This document shows positions 61,190 through 64,000 of a DNA stretch of 64,000 nucleotides, in pieces. The notes below the pieces were generated by a model, which was not told the origin of the DNA, made no database searches, and was given only the letters and a program-made list of their open reading frames with translations. The DNA is from Octopus sinensis (Eukaryota), in the NCBI RefSeq assembly GCF_006345805.1, contig NC_042997.1, forward strand, positions 184,760,001 to 184,824,000, read 5' to 3'. Each line of letters begins with the position of its first letter. Within the stretch, counting starts at the first letter, position 1. The position numbers and the translations under genes were made by a program.

Positions 61190-61909
61190 TTATAGTTAAC
61201 ATATTTTCTGTTCACGTGGTGACATCTATGATTCAGCGCTGATTAAACCACATTACGTTCCCTCTTGTGGTACTACTGAGCTCAAAGAACACTACACAGC
61301 CCAAATGTGACTGTCTGGTGTGCTGTTGGTCCTTACTTTTTTAAAGACAATAATGGAAATGCTGGTAGTGTGAACTCCGAGCGTTGCGTCAAGATGATAA
61401 ACAACTTCTTTATGCCTAAATTACGACGAAGACGTATGTCTATTCGACGTGTATGGTTTCAGCAGGATGGGGCGACGGACTACACAGCCAGGGCATCAAT
61501 GGACGCCCTCTCTTCGGTGACCACCTAATTTCCAGGTTTACTGATATTCGTTGGCTTCCTCAGTCGCCTGATTTGTCCATGTGTGATTATTTCTTGTGGG
61601 GAAACCTCAGGGTACGTGTGTATGCGCTTAAGCCCCGTACATTGAACGAATTAAAGGAAGCTATTCGCGTGAAAGTCGCGGAAATCGACGGAGCGATGCC
61701 GGAGAGAGTGGAGACCAACTTCCAACAACGCTTTCAGAAATGCATCAATGAAAACGGACACCACATGATGGATGTTGTTCTCCACACTTAACTTTGACAA
61801 ATGCTAATTCAATACAAACACATTGATGTCAATAAAATTTTGTTTGCAGCTAAAATTAATGATTTTGTGAAATTTTCAACAACGTCCGTCCTCTCTGCCC
61901 CACCCTGTA
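61190..61909 (+). mobile_element. Internally deleted Tc1/mariner element, DD41D-type, right TIR intact
   Basis: VTVWCAVGPYFF..WFQQDGAT, frameshift, ..WLPQSPDLSMCDYFLWG; spacing fits 41 if 7 nt were lost; ends CCCCACCCTG|TA at 61907-61909. Confidence 0.9.
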
Positions 61910-61944
61910 AGTATGTATATAAATTTATATATGTGTGTGAGTAT

Positions 61945-62057
<113 letters not shown>

Positions 62058-62339
62058 TGCATTCATACTCACACAGTCAAACATACCTACTTACACAGAA
62101 ACATCACAAGTCTATGTTTAGTTCGACTTCCGCCGATTATTCAGTTTCAAATCTCTTTTAAAGGCCTTTTCTTCACCTCATATCACTACTAAAATAGAAT
62201 ACATGAATATTCATACCTACATACAGACAGGCATCATACGTGCATGACTACATACCTAAACATGTTTGCGTGTCTATTTGCCACAGTGTTAGCGTGTGCT
62301 GTTAATATGCGTCTGTAAAGAATACATACGTTGCTCTAT

Positions 62340-62760
62340 GTACGCAAACACCCGTTGTCAGCTTGTCAAATATCAAAACGTTTAAGGTTACTATATTGAA
62401 GTCAAAGAATGGTAAATATACAGACATGAAAGCCTCGCTTCTCCATAACATGCTAAACCATCGTAGCGAGTTGGTATGGTTGGATGAAATTAGTGTGGTT
62501 GATATTTCGCCCGAATTGTTGGAAGTTAATAATACAGACAACTTTTTGAACAGGATAGGCGTTCCCGAGAGACAAAATTTGGGAGGCGGAATAATTTTGC
62601 AAACATTTTAGAGAGAATTTGCGTGTTAAAAAATATAAAAATAAGCGTTGGCAGGATATGAGACAGCAGGTGACTGGCAATGAGGCTTGTATGAACTTAA
62701 AGCGTATGAATTGCAAGGGATGTTTTAATTTGGTTGTTAGCATTTTGAGAAAAAACCAAT
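62340..62760 (+). pseudogene. Decayed coding-like segment, AP-endonuclease-like (alternative: PIF1 Walker B region)
   Basis: ELVWLDEISVVDISPELLEVNN..ERQNLGGGIIL resembles ETWLDE..ELEI..DR..RGGGV; ambiguous. Confidence 0.25.
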
Positions 62761-63433
62761 GCCTAGAGACAATTCAGTTCATCCTCGTTTGAGATATCCG
62801 TTAAAACTGGGCGAAGTTAGTGTATTTATTAAAATTATTGCAGGTTAATGTATGGAAAAAACATATTTGTTAGAGAATCTTTCCGGAGGCGTTACAGAAC
62901 TAAAAAAAATAAAGAGAAGGGATGGGTGAAAATTATTTACTTAAGTTACTTGAGAGAACGATAGGAAAAGATCGGAAGATCTTTTAGTGTGTAATTCGGC
63001 ATAATAAACTATTTCCTCCTATCAAAGCTATGAGGCTGCTATATATAGGGAGCCTCTGTAGAACCAGCAACCAAAAATACATTTGTGAAAAAAAAACAAA
63101 CACATTGACCACATAATAATAGATAAACTATAGCTAAAACATAGCCGGGCGTTTATAACTGAAATGCTACAAATGAAAGATTTGCTGATGGATGAGGATA
63201 ACCTAGGCCAAATAACAAGAAAACCACTAGCAACAAATGTATACAGCCTTATCCAGGTTTCTCATAAAAATTAAATGGCATAATATTTTAATAATAAACT
63301 AAGTTTATTTTTATGTTTTATTTTTTTCCCTAGTCATGGCTGTTAGGGGTTGGAAATCTAAAAGTGATTAAGTAAACGATTACTTTCCTAAGTGTGCTGC
63401 ATATATTTAGACAATTTAGAATCAATAAAATGA

Positions 63434-63434
<1 letters not shown>

Positions 63435-63490
<56 letters not shown>

Positions 63491-63551
63491 ATATATATAA
63501 TATATATATATAATATATATATAATAATATATATATATATATATATATATA

Positions 63552-63594
<43 letters not shown>

Positions 63595-63604
63595 TATATA
63601 TATA
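63435..63604. repeat. Interrupted (TA)n array
   Basis: Directly visible. Confidence 0.97.
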
Positions 63605-63831
63605 CGCGAGAAAGAAGCAACAAGAATGGATAGGTTTTTAGTACAATCGTTTCATACAAGGACATACAATGAAACGATTGTACTAAAAGCCTATCCATTC
63701 TTGTTGCTTCTTTCTCGCTTATAATCACCCCACATTACTGTATTGTTAAAACAGTATAGTTTTTTTTGGTGCATCTAAGTTAGGTACCATATTCAAGTAA
63801 ATTCATTTAAATTAACTTGAATCTTTATTGC

Positions 63832-63868
<37 letters not shown>

Positions 63869-64000
63869 TGTCAACCTTAGGGCTAGCAGAATATATCAAA
63901 CAGGATACATAAAACGAACGCAGAAACAATTTTATTTGCAGTAATTTATGAACGTGAAGTAATAATGTACAGTTTACAAATTAGCACAGACTTAGTGTGC

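Overview
AT-rich, repeat-saturated eukaryotic DNA with no recognisable intact gene. The SINE families, microsatellite load and LINE remnants look like a coleoid cephalopod (octopus-type) genome; this is recognition from memory, not a database result. Contents: about 30 tRNA-derived SINE copies in at least four families, many with 11-19 bp target-site duplications; fragments of R4/Dong, CR1, RTE, L1/Tx1 and Penelope-like retroelements; three different IS630-Tc1-mariner remnants; a decayed Helitron Rep/PIF1 helicase plus two complete non-autonomous Helitrons; a foldback MITE; and very many microsatellites, which explain most ORFs in the supplied track. Most interesting signals: (1) six minimal hammerhead-ribozyme-like folds in three families of short, (TA)n-associated, partly tandem repeats of Penelope pseudo-LTR/retrozyme type; (2) a SINE that recurs as head-to-tail concatemers with one fixed junction and appears to insert into its own copies; (3) a speculative chain of frame-compatible micro-exons on the + strand, suggesting the window is mostly giant introns of a host gene; (4) a (TAA)n-targeted Dong insertion with a triple-restart 5' junction; (5) a 5'-inverted short RTE insertion inside a CR1 RT. 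Boundaries of decayed elements are approximate.
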